From Candidatus Lustribacter sp. (GTDB taxonomy: Bacteria; Vulcanimicrobiota; Vulcanimicrobiia; Vulcanimicrobiales; Vulcanimicrobiaceae), in the NCBI GenBank assembly GCA_965277805.1, contig OZ255842.1:416001-480000 (forward strand): DNA of 64,000 nt, given 5' to 3'. The notes under the pieces are model-generated. The model ran no database searches. It was not told the origin of the DNA and saw only the letters and a program-made list of their open reading frames with translations. A program made the position numbers and the translations under genes. Shown here one piece after another: positions 21,346 through 31,086 of this stretch; the stretch's first letter is position 1; each line of letters begins with the position of its first letter.

Positions 21346-22491
21346 ACGCGCCTCGCTGTAACCGAGGACGTCTCGCAAAATAGCATCGCTATGCTCGCCG
21401 AGAGCCGGCGGTGCACTTGGCGTCCGCACCGGCGTCGCGGAGAAGTGCATCGGCGAACCAGTCGTGCGGACGCCGCCGGTCTCGTAGATCATCCCGCGTT
21501 CGGCGACTTCCGGCGCTGCCAGCACTTCCTCAACCGTGCGCACGCGACCGGCGGGAATATTCACCGCGGCACACGCGGCGAGCACGTCGTCGCAGGTCCG
21601 TTGCGCGAAGTCTTCGCCGAGGATCGCGATCAGCGTCTCCCGGTTCGCGACGCGCTGCGCGTTGGTCGCGAACCGCTCGTCGCCGGCGAGGTCGGGACGT
21701 TCGACGACGGATTCGCACAGGTCGCGGAACTGCCGGTTGTTCGCGCAGGCCAGCACGAACGGCGCATCGGCCGCCTCGAACGTCTGGTAGGGAACGATGC
21801 TTGCGTGCGCGTTGCCGTAGCGCTTCGCGTTTACGCCGCCGTTGAGCGACGCGCTCGCCACGTTGATCAGTGCCGCGACCGACGCATCGTGCAGCGCGAT
21901 ATCGAGCAGCTGCCCCGTGCCGGTGCGTTCGCGGGCATAGAGCGCCGCGAGGATCGCTTGCGTCGCCGCGTTGCCGGCCAGCAGATCGGAAATCGCAACG
22001 CCGAACTTGTGCGGCGTTCCGTCGACCTCGCCGTTGATCGACATCAAGCCGCTCTCGGCCTGGATCACGAAGTCGTAACCGGCGCGTTCGGCTAAGGCGC
22101 CCGTACGTCCGTAGCCCGAGAGCGAACAGTAGATCAGCCGCGGGTTCAACGCGGCGAGCGAGAGGTAGTCGAGGCCGTAACGCGCCAGGGTTCCGGTGAG
22201 ATAGTTCTCGACCAGGATGTCGGCGCGTTGCGCGAGTTCGCGCACGATCGTTTGTCCGTCTCGGGTGCGGAAGTCGACGGCGAGGCTCGACTTGTTGCGG
22301 TTGACGGCGAGATAATACGTCGCGGTGCCGTGGAAGGCCGGCGGCGTCCAGCTGCGCGTTTCATCGCCGCCGGCGGGATTTTCGATCTTCCAAATCTCGG
22401 CACCCAAATCGCCGAGCGCCATCGTGGACCAGGGGCCCGCGAGAACGCGCGACAGATCGAGCACCCGAATTCCGTCGAGCGGCGGGGCCAT
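21310..22491 (-). CDS. CoA-transferase family III (CaiB/BaiF)
   Basis: LDGIRVLDLSRVLAGP, LGDLGA, NRNKSS, GYD..IQAESGLM, PALGEH. Confidence 0.94.
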   Translation of the reverse strand: MAPPLDGIRVLDLSRVLAGPWSTMALGDLGAEIWKIENPAGGDETRSWTPPAFHGTATYYLAVNRNKSSLAVDFRTRDGQTIVRELAQRADILVENYLTGTLARYGLDYLSLAALNPRLIYCSLSGYGRTGALAERAGYDFVIQAESGLMSINGEVDGTPHKFGVAISDLLAGNAATQAILAALYARERTGTGQLLDIALHDASVAALINVASASLNGGVNAKRYGNAHASIVPYQTFEAADAPFVLACANNRQFRDLCESVVERPDLAGDERFATNAQRVANRETLIAILGEDFAQRTCDDVLAACAAVNIPAGRVRTVEEVLAAPEVAERGMIYETGGVRTTGSPMHFSATPVRTPSAPPALGEHSDAILRDVLGYSEARLRELRDAKVID

Positions 22492-22502
22492 GGCGCTGTG
22501 CG

Positions 22503-23501
22503 CTACGCCGTGCCGGCGACGTGCGCGGCGAGTTTGCGGAACGTGCCCGCGCGAATTGCATCGAGCGCCGGCCCGTCGAACGAGACGTCCTTGAGCACTT
22601 CGCCCGGCGGATCTTCCATCACGCCGAAGGGATAATCGCTGCCGACCATCAGATGATCGAGCCCGATGCGCTTGGCGATCAGCTCGAGGTTCGTCGCATC
22701 GAACGTCAGCGTGTCGGCGTAGAACTTCTGCGCTTCGACCGACGGCCGCGTCGGCAACATCGCTTGCCACGCTTTCTGCGTGCTCCAGAAGCGGTCGAGC
22801 CGTGGCAGCATCCACATCAGCGTGCCTCCGCCGTGGGCCAGCACGATCTTCATGTCGGGAAAGCGCGTGAGGTAACCGCCGAGCAGCAGCTTCGCCGAGA
22901 TCACGCCGGTTTCGGTCGGGTAGGCGCCGGCGGCGCTGAAGCCGAGGATGTTGCGGTGGCGCTCGAAGCCCGGCGCCGTTTCCGGATGGATGAAGATCAG
23001 TGCGCGCAACGCGTTGCACTGCTCCCAGAACGGGACCAGCGCGGGATCGTCGAGTTCGCGGCCGGCCGCGGTCGTGCCGATCTCGACGCCGAGCAAGCCG
23101 AGGTCGTTGCGTAAGTAGCTCAGCTCGGCGCACGCCGCGTCGACGTCTTGCAACGGAATGGCGCCGAGGCCCGAAAAGCGGTCGGGGCGTTTGCGCACGA
23201 CTTCGGCGATACCGTCATTGTGCAGACGTGCCCATGCGCGTCCGTCTTCAGATGAGGACGCGTACGAGTTCGTGACCGGAATCGGCGAGATGACTTGGCG
23301 CGCGATGTTGCGCTCGTCCATATCGTTGATGCGGCGTTGCGCGTCCCAGCAGCGTTCGTCGATCGTCCGGTAGTGCTTGCCGTTTTCGTAGAGCTGCCCG
23401 CAGGTCGGCGTTTCGATTTCGAGTTTGGTCGTGCCGGCCGCGCGATACGTTGCGGCGCTATCCGGAATGTAGTGCGTGTGGAAGTCGACGATTTGTTCCA
23501 T
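22503..23501 (-). CDS. Amidohydrolase_2 protein, ACMSD-like decarboxylase
   Basis: DFHTH, CWD...RI.DMD, GVEIGT, FIHP, AHGGG, GSDYPF. Confidence 0.85.
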   Translation of the reverse strand: MEQIVDFHTHYIPDSAATYRAAGTTKLEIETPTCGQLYENGKHYRTIDERCWDAQRRINDMDERNIARQVISPIPVTNSYASSSEDGRAWARLHNDGIAEVVRKRPDRFSGLGAIPLQDVDAACAELSYLRNDLGLLGVEIGTTAAGRELDDPALVPFWEQCNALRALIFIHPETAPGFERHRNILGFSAAGAYPTETGVISAKLLLGGYLTRFPDMKIVLAHGGGTLMWMLPRLDRFWSTQKAWQAMLPTRPSVEAQKFYADTLTFDATNLELIAKRIGLDHLMVGSDYPFGVMEDPPGEVLKDVSFDGPALDAIRAGTFRKLAAHVAGTA

Positions 23502-23560
23502 CTCGGTCAGCCTTCGACGGGACCGGAAGGTTGCGCCTCCAGCGGACAGAAGCGCTCCGC

Positions 23561-24505
23561 ATGATACGACGTTCTTCTGCGTTAACGCTCATCGCCGGCG
23601 GCATTCTCGCCGGCATTCGTCCGGCGAGCGCGCAGACGGCGCCGGCGCCGGTGCGAATCGGCGCGATGGCGATCGACGCGTTTGGTGAAGCGTACTTCGG
23701 CAACGATGCCGGAATTTTCGTCAGCAACGGCATCGCGCCGCAGATCACGACGCTCACCAACGGCGCCGCGATCATGTCGGCCGTGATCGGCGGCGATCTC
23801 GACGTCGGCATGGCCAACACGGTCAACGTCGCCGGCGCGATCGCGCGCGGCATTCCCGTCCAGATGATCGCGCCCGCTTCGCTGTATTCGAAAAAGGACG
23901 CGAATCCGAACCTGATGATCGCGAAGACGTCGCCGATCAAGTCGCCGAAGGATCTGACCGGCGCAACGATCGCCGTCTCGGCACTCGGCGACTTCAACCA
24001 GTTGAGCCTCTTGGCATGGCTAGATACGAACAAAGTGCCGCGCGATAGCGTGCACTTCGTCGAGATGAAGTTCGGCGAGATGGGAGCCGCGGTAGCGCGT
24101 GGGACGGTGCAAGCCGCGATCATCACCGAACCCGCCAAGACCGATGCGATCCTGGCCGGCCAAGTGCGCGACTTCGCCGACACGTACATCGCGGTCGCGC
24201 CGGAGTTCGCGACGATCGTGTGGTTCACGACGAAGGGCTGGCTGCAGAAGAACCCCGACACGGCGAAAAAGCTCGTTGCCGGGATTTACGCGACAGCGCG
24301 CTGGGCGAACGCCCACACCGATCTATCGGCGCCGATGCTGGCGAAAGCCGCGAAGATGGACCCGGCCGTCGTTGCGGGCATGCGCCGCTTGTACTTCGCG
24401 ACCGCCAACGATCCGAAATATATCGAAGGCACGCTCGCGCTCGGATCGCGCTACGGCATGTTGCCGCGTCCGGTCACGGTTGCGGAATACACCGCCGGAA
24501 TATGA
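23561..24505 (+). CDS. SsuA/THI5-type substrate-binding protein
   Basis: MIRR leader; NGAAIM, KDLTGATIAV, FVEM.F, WFTT. Confidence 0.82.
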   Translation: MIRRSSALTLIAGGILAGIRPASAQTAPAPVRIGAMAIDAFGEAYFGNDAGIFVSNGIAPQITTLTNGAAIMSAVIGGDLDVGMANTVNVAGAIARGIPVQMIAPASLYSKKDANPNLMIAKTSPIKSPKDLTGATIAVSALGDFNQLSLLAWLDTNKVPRDSVHFVEMKFGEMGAAVARGTVQAAIITEPAKTDAILAGQVRDFADTYIAVAPEFATIVWFTTKGWLQKNPDTAKKLVAGIYATARWANAHTDLSAPMLAKAAKMDPAVVAGMRRLYFATANDPKYIEGTLALGSRYGMLPRPVTVAEYTAGI

Positions 24506-25662
24506 GATCGATTCGCGCCCTGACGCTGCTCGCCGCCGTTTCGCTGCTGGGCGCTTCCCCGGCTAGCGGAACGCCGATCACCATCGACGTGATCCTGCCG
24601 CTGACCGGCGGACAGGCGTTCTCGGGCGCGATCCACGCGCAGACGATCGGCGTGTACGAACGCTACGTCAACGCGAACGGCGGGATCAACGGCCGCCCGG
24701 TACACTTCGACATTCACGACGACAAGTCGAGTCCGCTCGTCGACGTCCAACTGACGAACGCGATCGTCGCAAACAAGACGCCCGTGATGCTGGGCTCATC
24801 GTATCAGGCGGGGTGTCTCGCGGAGTTGCCGATCCTCGGAACGAGCACGGTCGCCTATTGTCTCTCGCCCGGCCTCAACCCGAAACAGCCGAACATGTTC
24901 TCGGCAGCCGTCTCGACGAATTACATCGTGCCGGCAATCTACAAATTCATGCGCGATCGCGGCTACAAGAAGATCGCGGTCATCACCTCGATCGACGCCA
25001 CCGGCCAGAGCCACGACGTGCTCAGCCAAGTCACGATGGACCGCCCCGACTTCAAGAACATGAGCATCGTCGACTACGAGCATTTCTCGCCGGCCGATCT
25101 GAGCGTTAGCGCCCAGATCGCGCGCATGAAGAGCGCGAATCCGCAGGGTGTCGTCGTCGTGGCCACCGGGAACGCGTTCGCCACCGTGCTGCGCAGCATG
25201 CACGATGCGGGCCTCGACATCCCCGTGATCACGAGCGCGGTCAACATGAACGAGGACGAGCTCAAGCAGTACCAGCCGTTCTTGCCCAAAGAGATCGTCT
25301 TCAATAGCACGCTCTTCTACGCGCGCCCGCAGGACCGCAAAGGCTCCGTCCGTGCCGCCGTTGATGAGTTCTACAGCGCGTATAAAACCGCCGGCATCAA
25401 CCCATCACCCGAAGCAACCTCATGGGACCCCGCCAAAATCGTCGTCGCCGCGCTAAAAGCGCTCGGACCAAATACGACCGGCGAACAAGTCGCCGCGTAC
25501 ATCGCGAACCTGCACGACTTCGCCGGCTCGAGCGGCCTCTACGATTTCCGCACCGGCGACCACCACGGCCTCAGCGACGCCGACATCGTGTGGGTCAAAT
25601 ACCAACCCGACACCCCAACCAAGTACGCCCCCGTCTCCAAACCGGGCGGCGCCCCGCTCTAG
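24502..25662 (+). CDS. LivJ/LivK-type substrate-binding protein
   Basis: Signal peptide; PLTG, NANGGINGRP, DD.S.P; ATGA overlap. Confidence 0.85.
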   Translation: MRSIRALTLLAAVSLLGASPASGTPITIDVILPLTGGQAFSGAIHAQTIGVYERYVNANGGINGRPVHFDIHDDKSSPLVDVQLTNAIVANKTPVMLGSSYQAGCLAELPILGTSTVAYCLSPGLNPKQPNMFSAAVSTNYIVPAIYKFMRDRGYKKIAVITSIDATGQSHDVLSQVTMDRPDFKNMSIVDYEHFSPADLSVSAQIARMKSANPQGVVVVATGNAFATVLRSMHDAGLDIPVITSAVNMNEDELKQYQPFLPKEIVFNSTLFYARPQDRKGSVRAAVDEFYSAYKTAGINPSPEATSWDPAKIVVAALKALGPNTTGEQVAAYIANLHDFAGSSGLYDFRTGDHHGLSDADIVWVKYQPDTPTKYAPVSKPGGAPL

Positions 25663-25676
25663 TCATCGGCAGCACA

Positions 25677-26456
25677 TTGTTGCCACTTCGTCGCATCGAC
25701 CTCGACCGGCGTTCCGTTGAGAATTGGAACGAATATCCGTTCGCGGTTCCGGCGATTTCGGCGTTTACGCCAATCGACGTCCGCAGCCCGGTATTATGCT
25801 TCGTGGGAGAAAATGGGAGCGGCAAGTCGACGTTGCTCGAAGCCATCGCGCTGTCTTGCGGGTTCGGCCGGGAAGGCGGAACGAAGAACTTCAGCTTCTC
25901 GACCCAAAACGAGCAATCGACGGACGTCAACCCCGACGAGGCCGCGATCGATCGGCTGGCAGACGCGCTAGCCTTATCGTGGCGAAAACGCCAACGCGAT
26001 GGGTTCTTTTTGCGAGCTGAGAGTTTTTATAACGTCGTATCCTACCTCAATCGAGATCCGGCCAATCTGAGAAATTACGGTTGGAAGTCGCTTCACGCTC
26101 GCTCGCACGGTGAATCATTCCTGACCCTCATGCTCGAGCGGTTCTCGCCAAACGGCTTGTTCTTGCTCGACGAGCCGGAAGCGGCGGTGTCGCCGGCCCG
26201 GCAGCTCGCGCTCCTGCGCCGAATGCACGATTTGCTGCACGCGGGTCGCGACACGCAGTTCATCGTCGCCACCCACTCCCCGATTATCTTGGCATATCCC
26301 GGTGCTCAGATTTGCGAATTCTCAAGCGCCGGCATTAAAGAAGTTTCGTATCGCGACACGGATGCGTATATCATAACGCGCCGCTTTCTCGAAAATCCCG
26401 ATCGCGGTCTCGCGGAGGTCCTTAGCGACTTAACTGATGAGGTCGATTTCGAATAG
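25677..26456 (+). CDS. ABC-like AAA ATPase (COG3910-like); TTG start inferred
   Basis: YPFAVP, GENGSGKSTLLEA, FFLRAE, SHGESF, LLDEPE, IVATHSP. Confidence 0.85.
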   Translation: MLPLRRIDLDRRSVENWNEYPFAVPAISAFTPIDVRSPVLCFVGENGSGKSTLLEAIALSCGFGREGGTKNFSFSTQNEQSTDVNPDEAAIDRLADALALSWRKRQRDGFFLRAESFYNVVSYLNRDPANLRNYGWKSLHARSHGESFLTLMLERFSPNGLFLLDEPEAAVSPARQLALLRRMHDLLHAGRDTQFIVATHSPIILAYPGAQICEFSSAGIKEVSYRDTDAYIITRRFLENPDRGLAEVLSDLTDEVDFE

Positions 26457-26485
26457 TGACGCGGAGGCCACAATTGCTGGAGTCA

Positions 26486-26980
26486 TTAGTGTATAAAGCG
26501 GACGATCGTGTCGCGCCGCGCCGGGCCGGTACGCAGCCATGGGAGATCTTTGCCGATCGCAATCAGCGCTTGGGCGAAGCCCGGGAGATCTGCTAGCCCG
26601 ACGTCGTTGAACGTTTTCACCTGATCGCCGCAGCGCACACGCACAAGGACCCTCGGAGCGGTCATGTGGAGGCTCGATGCAGCCGGTATGATGAGCGGAA
26701 TACCGCTGCGTTCGCATAGCTTCGCGTGCTCGACTTCAGCCTCGACCGCGACGAAGTCGGCCTTTGCCACGTAGTGGCCGTCGTATCCCCGCAGCCGGCC
26801 GTCGTACGCGGCGCCCCCGTCACGGGTGAACCTGAGCGTATAGCCCGGGGAATTCGCGCCGATCACCATTCGAGCGGTCGTGACCACCACATCGTCTGCC
26901 TGCGGCACCGTAGCCGTAGCGGGAGCTGCGATCAGGGCGAATGCGATGACCAGCGCGGAAGCCAAGCGAGCACTGTGCAT
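26486..26980 (-). CDS. Hypothetical secreted protein
   Basis: Signal peptide (ALVIAFALIAAPATA); two Cys; TATTAT 7 nt upstream of ATG. Confidence 0.6.
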   Translation of the reverse strand: MHSARLASALVIAFALIAAPATATVPQADDVVVTTARMVIGANSPGYTLRFTRDGGAAYDGRLRGYDGHYVAKADFVAVEAEVEHAKLCERSGIPLIIPAASSLHMTAPRVLVRVRCGDQVKTFNDVGLADLPGFAQALIAIGKDLPWLRTGPARRDTIVRFIH

Positions 26981-27072
26981 GGCCAGGATAATATCATGCC
27001 GCCTCAGGCACTTCATAAAAATTCGATGAGACCGCTGCCGGAGGCGGCTGATTTTCTGCCGGGGGCCTCGCT

Positions 27073-27279
27073 CTAGCCCTTGGTCGCCGGCACCATCGTT
27101 TTGCACTTGGTGAATTTGCCCTTGGCATCGCGGCAGCGCTTCGGCGCCGGCGTGACGACGGCGGTCGGGCACTTGATGAATTTGCCCTTCGCATCGCGGC
27201 ACGTCTTGGCCGAAGCGATCCCCGAGCACAGGGTTACCGCGAAAAGAAACCCGAGCACCGACGTAAGTAAACGCGCCAT
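27073..27279 (-). CDS. 68-aa secreted basic peptide with a duplicated CRDAKGKFxKC repeat
   Basis: GGAGG SD; signal peptide ending ASA; repeat visible in both DNA and protein. Confidence 0.8.
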   Translation of the reverse strand: MARLLTSVLGFLFAVTLCSGIASAKTCRDAKGKFIKCPTAVVTPAPKRCRDAKGKFTKCKTMVPATKG

Positions 27280-27456
27280 ACAAGACCTCCATCGAAAAAA
27301 AACGTGGGAGCGAGCGCTTCTCCGGTCGGCTTTAGCTTGCCTAGCGGATGCCGAACGCGGCCGCGAAGGATTGCGTGAGGTCGCCGGATGCGCGTGTAAC
27401 GCGAATGTAATTTTGCTGAGCCGCGGCTGTAAGGCGCAATTCGCTACGGTCGTAGC

Positions 27457-27861
27457 ATGAAAAACATCACAACGTCCACCCACCTCGCCGCAGCCGCCCT
27501 CATCGCCGGCTCCGCCCTGCTAGCAACGAGCGCGCCGGCCGACGCTCAGACTCCTGGGGTCCCATCCGGCGTGGCCTGCTCCGCGCAAAACAGGAACGCC
27601 CAACCGACGTATCTCGAAACACCCGAATGGCCGGCAGTCGCTCAGTTAATGAATCTTACCGGTACGACGTACGTGCGCGTGCAGATCGACCCAACCGGCT
27701 CACCCTCGCAACCAGAGGTTGCGCGAACGTCCGGCGCGGGAGTACTCGACCGGGCAGCGATCGATGCGGTCTTGAAGAGCACCTTTAGGCCGGAAGTCGA
27801 CGATTGCGTTCCCGTCAGCGGCAAGTACATAATCATCGTAGACTTTCCGTCGACCCAATGA
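27457..27861 (+). CDS. Secreted TonB C-terminal domain protein
   Basis: Signal peptide ending ADA; PEWP, GTTYVRVQID..G, SGAGVLDRAAIDAV, F.P. Confidence 0.75.
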   Translation: MKNITTSTHLAAAALIAGSALLATSAPADAQTPGVPSGVACSAQNRNAQPTYLETPEWPAVAQLMNLTGTTYVRVQIDPTGSPSQPEVARTSGAGVLDRAAIDAVLKSTFRPEVDDCVPVSGKYIIIVDFPSTQ

Positions 27862-27942
27862 GCGCTCGACAGTATACCGAGCAATCAATGGGATGCCCGT
27901 CGTTGTTAAAACATAAGCCGACGCTCGCGAGAACTATTTAGC

Positions 27943-30450
27943 ATGCATGTCTGGCCGCGCGCTCGAGTCAGGTTCGTTACGCTCGTGATCGCGTTGACGG
28001 TCGTTGCGATCGCCATCAACGTTCCGGGCTTCGTCATGCACGCACGGCACGTCTATGGAATCAACGGAATAGTTCTGAGCGGTAATCGGGTCGTCGGCCT
28101 CTTGAAGCGCGGCGGAGCGCCGAACCAATTCAGGGTCGGGGACGTCGTCCTGCTGGACCAGGTGCCGATCGGCGATCGCTATGAAATGGGCCAGTTCTCG
28201 CGCCTGGGTCCAATCGCGAAGACGGTACGCATACCGGTGTTGAGAAACGGCAGGCCGGTAACCGTTCTTGAAAACTTCGTCTATGAACCGCGGCTCCTTG
28301 GCGATGCGCCCCTTGACGTTACGATCGACCTGATCGAGAAAACGTCCATTCTGTTGCTGGCATTGGTGGGCGCCGCACTCCTGCTGTTGTGCCCGTCACC
28401 CGTTTCGTGGACGTTTTTCTTCTACACCGCCGGCCTAGCCGTCTGGGACGGGCCGATGTTCTGGACGTTTCTGCCGGCGATTCCGTACATGATCGTCAGC
28501 TGGGTCGCCATCATCTACGCGTCCCTTGCGCCGATCATGTTCGCCCTCTTCGCACTGCGCCTGACAGATATCCTCAAGCCGGCCGTGCGCCTCCTGGCAG
28601 AGCGTATCGTCGTCGTGGCCGGGCTCGCATACCTGATCTTTCCAGCGATCGAAACGGTGCTGGTCTTTACGAAGCCGGTCGGCGAATTCTACTATACCGT
28701 TTCATTTGCGTTTGTAATTGCGCTGCTGGCCGGTGCCACAGCAGTCTTTATCGTGGCGGCGTTTCGCACCGCACGCACCGGCACAGGCGTGCCCGTAGCA
28801 GCATCGCTCTGCTTCGCCGGCGCGGGCCTGACGCTACTCCTGCACCTCTTCACGGGACTTTTTCTCAACTTCGATAGTGCGCTGCTCAATACGATGCTGC
28901 CGGTATTCGAGGCATCGTTGTACTTCCCACTCTCACTAGCGGGAATATTCATTATCGTCCGTTCCCGAACGATCGACATCAAGCTCACGATTTCGCGAAC
29001 CGCAGCGTTTGCATTTCTCAGCTACGCGGTCATCGCAGTCATTGTCGCGGCGAACTGGACATTTGCTCGGCACCTCGCCGACTATTCGTTCTTGATCCCG
29101 CTGCAGCTCATTTTTGCCGTGTGGCTCGGTTACCGGTTGAGCGGCTTGGGGGACTTGTCGCGTACGTTCGCGCTGGCAACATCGGAAGCGACCGCGGCAC
29201 GTTTAAGCGGTGACCTCACCGCCGAGCAGCAGCTTCTCACCAAAGGATTAGCCGCGGCCGAACTCACTCGCAAGGCAACTCTCGTCGCGGAAGTGCATGC
29301 TCGCATGGCCTTCAGCGCTTGGCTCGACGGCGACGAGAACCGGCGCGATACCCATCTGCAGGCGCTTGAAGCGGCAATCGGCGAGACTCGCTCCCGCGGA
29401 TTGCGCTTCTACTTGGCTGCGGCACGCAACCAACTGGATGAGATCGAACCATCCGATTCAGATCTGGCGGAATGGATTGCCCGCGGTTACCTCATCGCAA
29501 GTGCCAAAGCGAAGGACGCCGCCGAGTCCTTGCTGCTGGCACGCGAAGCGAAGCATGCTGCAGAACAAAGCGGTCAGCATTTCTTGACGGCTCTCGCACT
29601 CATCGCCAACGCCGAACTAAATCCCTCGGCGAGCGTCGAAAAGATGCGCGAACGCGCAGAAGAACTCGCGCGCGAGTTGGCATCCGAACCATTCCGAAAC
29701 CTCGTCCGAGCGTACTTCGATGGATCGGACAACCTCGGCATGCTGGAACCGTTCGTCCGCAGGTTCAAACCATCGGTCCACGCGCCGCCTGTGCTCGAAG
29801 TAGCATTTTCTCGCGCGGAGGTTCGCGTCTCGGACGTACCAGTCGCGTTACGCGAAGCGGAGCGCGCTCTGCTGTTCGCGATCGCGTACCGGCCCGGGCC
29901 GGTTTCGAGCGACGCACTCGCCGATGAGCTTTGGCCGGACCGGGACGGCGACGTAGCGAAAAATGCACTGCGCGTGTGCATGCACCGCCTACGGCGTGCC
30001 CTCGGGCCGGAAGAATGTGTTTTGCGCAGGGATAACGGATACGCGTTGCGCACCGACGCGTCCGTCGATCTTCATGAGATGCCGAAAGTACAGCGTTCCA
30101 TCACCTTCCCCCTAACACCGAGCCAGCGATCCCGCATGGCTGCCGTATTCGAAACGCTCCAAGCAACGGAAGATCTTCGTGCTGCGGCAGGCAGCTGGTT
30201 TTCCCGCTACGCCTCCGACATTCTGACACGTTACAACGCCTATGCGCTCACGCTCTGCCGGGACGCTTTGCGTCGCGGTGCACCTGATGAAGCGCTCGGA
30301 TTCGTGCGGTCCGTCCTTAAAAGCGACCCGAGCGATGCCGAGGCCTGCGAGCTCCGAAATACCGCGAATGATATGATCCGGCAACGCGGCGCTTCGAGGC
30401 GCGGCGACCCGGTCACCCGACCAAGTCGAATTCGAACAATGATGCGATGA
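27943..30450 (+). CDS. Membrane protein: PDZ-like loop, multiple TM helices, helical region, C-terminal SARP-type winged helix/BTAD-like domain
   Basis: FRVGDVV...VLRNG; about 8-10 hydrophobic segments; LADELWPD...NALRVCMHRLRRALG...GYAL. Confidence 0.75.
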   Translation: MHVWPRARVRFVTLVIALTVVAIAINVPGFVMHARHVYGINGIVLSGNRVVGLLKRGGAPNQFRVGDVVLLDQVPIGDRYEMGQFSRLGPIAKTVRIPVLRNGRPVTVLENFVYEPRLLGDAPLDVTIDLIEKTSILLLALVGAALLLLCPSPVSWTFFFYTAGLAVWDGPMFWTFLPAIPYMIVSWVAIIYASLAPIMFALFALRLTDILKPAVRLLAERIVVVAGLAYLIFPAIETVLVFTKPVGEFYYTVSFAFVIALLAGATAVFIVAAFRTARTGTGVPVAASLCFAGAGLTLLLHLFTGLFLNFDSALLNTMLPVFEASLYFPLSLAGIFIIVRSRTIDIKLTISRTAAFAFLSYAVIAVIVAANWTFARHLADYSFLIPLQLIFAVWLGYRLSGLGDLSRTFALATSEATAARLSGDLTAEQQLLTKGLAAAELTRKATLVAEVHARMAFSAWLDGDENRRDTHLQALEAAIGETRSRGLRFYLAAARNQLDEIEPSDSDLAEWIARGYLIASAKAKDAAESLLLAREAKHAAEQSGQHFLTALALIANAELNPSASVEKMRERAEELARELASEPFRNLVRAYFDGSDNLGMLEPFVRRFKPSVHAPPVLEVAFSRAEVRVSDVPVALREAERALLFAIAYRPGPVSSDALADELWPDRDGDVAKNALRVCMHRLRRALGPEECVLRRDNGYALRTDASVDLHEMPKVQRSITFPLTPSQRSRMAAVFETLQATEDLRAAAGSWFSRYASDILTRYNAYALTLCRDALRRGAPDEALGFVRSVLKSDPSDAEACELRNTANDMIRQRGASRRGDPVTRPSRIRTMMR

Positions 30451-30952
30451 TGGCGGCCATTCGCGGGTCGACCGACCACAGGCGAGAGCGCGTGGCGCGC
30501 GGCCAAAGCGAGTGCGGATCGTTGACCTCGACGAACGCGCGGACGCACTCGGCGAAGTATTCATCGCACGCGCTGGCAGCATAGGGCGTAACGAATGCGG
30601 TGGCTCCCGCGAAGGCGCGGCGGATGCGCGGGTCGACCCCGCTGAGATACACGCCGCCGCCCAACGCGCAGTCGAGCGCGTGTGCGAACTCGTGCGCAAT
30701 CGTCATTGGGCTCAAGCTGCGCAGGTAGATCGTCCGTTCCTCGACCACGAACAAGCCCGCCGGTGGGATCGGCCAGCCGTCAACGCCCGCAACGATGCGT
30801 CGTAAGACCGGAGAGCGATCGCCGAAGCGTTCGCCTTCACCGAGTACGGTAATGCGGATGCCGGCGCGTTCGGCAACGGCGATCGCGCCCGGGCCGAACC
30901 GCTGGAGTACTGCCTCGACGGCGGCGGCATGCGGGGGCGCGGCTTCGATCAT
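30413..30952 (-). CDS. Zn metallopeptidase of ATLF (anthrax lethal factor catalytic)/MtfA-like fold
   Basis: HEFAHALD, YA....EYFAE. Confidence 0.75.
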   Translation of the reverse strand: MIEAAPPHAAAVEAVLQRFGPGAIAVAERAGIRITVLGEGERFGDRSPVLRRIVAGVDGWPIPPAGLFVVEERTIYLRSLSPMTIAHEFAHALDCALGGGVYLSGVDPRIRRAFAGATAFVTPYAASACDEYFAECVRAFVEVNDPHSLWPRATRSRLWSVDPRMAAIIASLFEFDLVG

Positions 30953-31086
30953 CCGGCCTACGATACGCGCCTGCCATTACGCTACGATGTCCGAACTATT
31001 GCCTAGTCACCCGTCAGTTGCGAGCGTATTGCGCTCCCGCGTGCGCGATGATCGACGTACTAGGTCCGCGGCGGAGGCGCACGTTG

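Noticed and set aside
25677-26456. ATPase as part of an anti-phage system or as partner of the adjacent SBPs
   Set aside because: No nuclease partner or permease nearby; resembles a commonly stand-alone ATPase family
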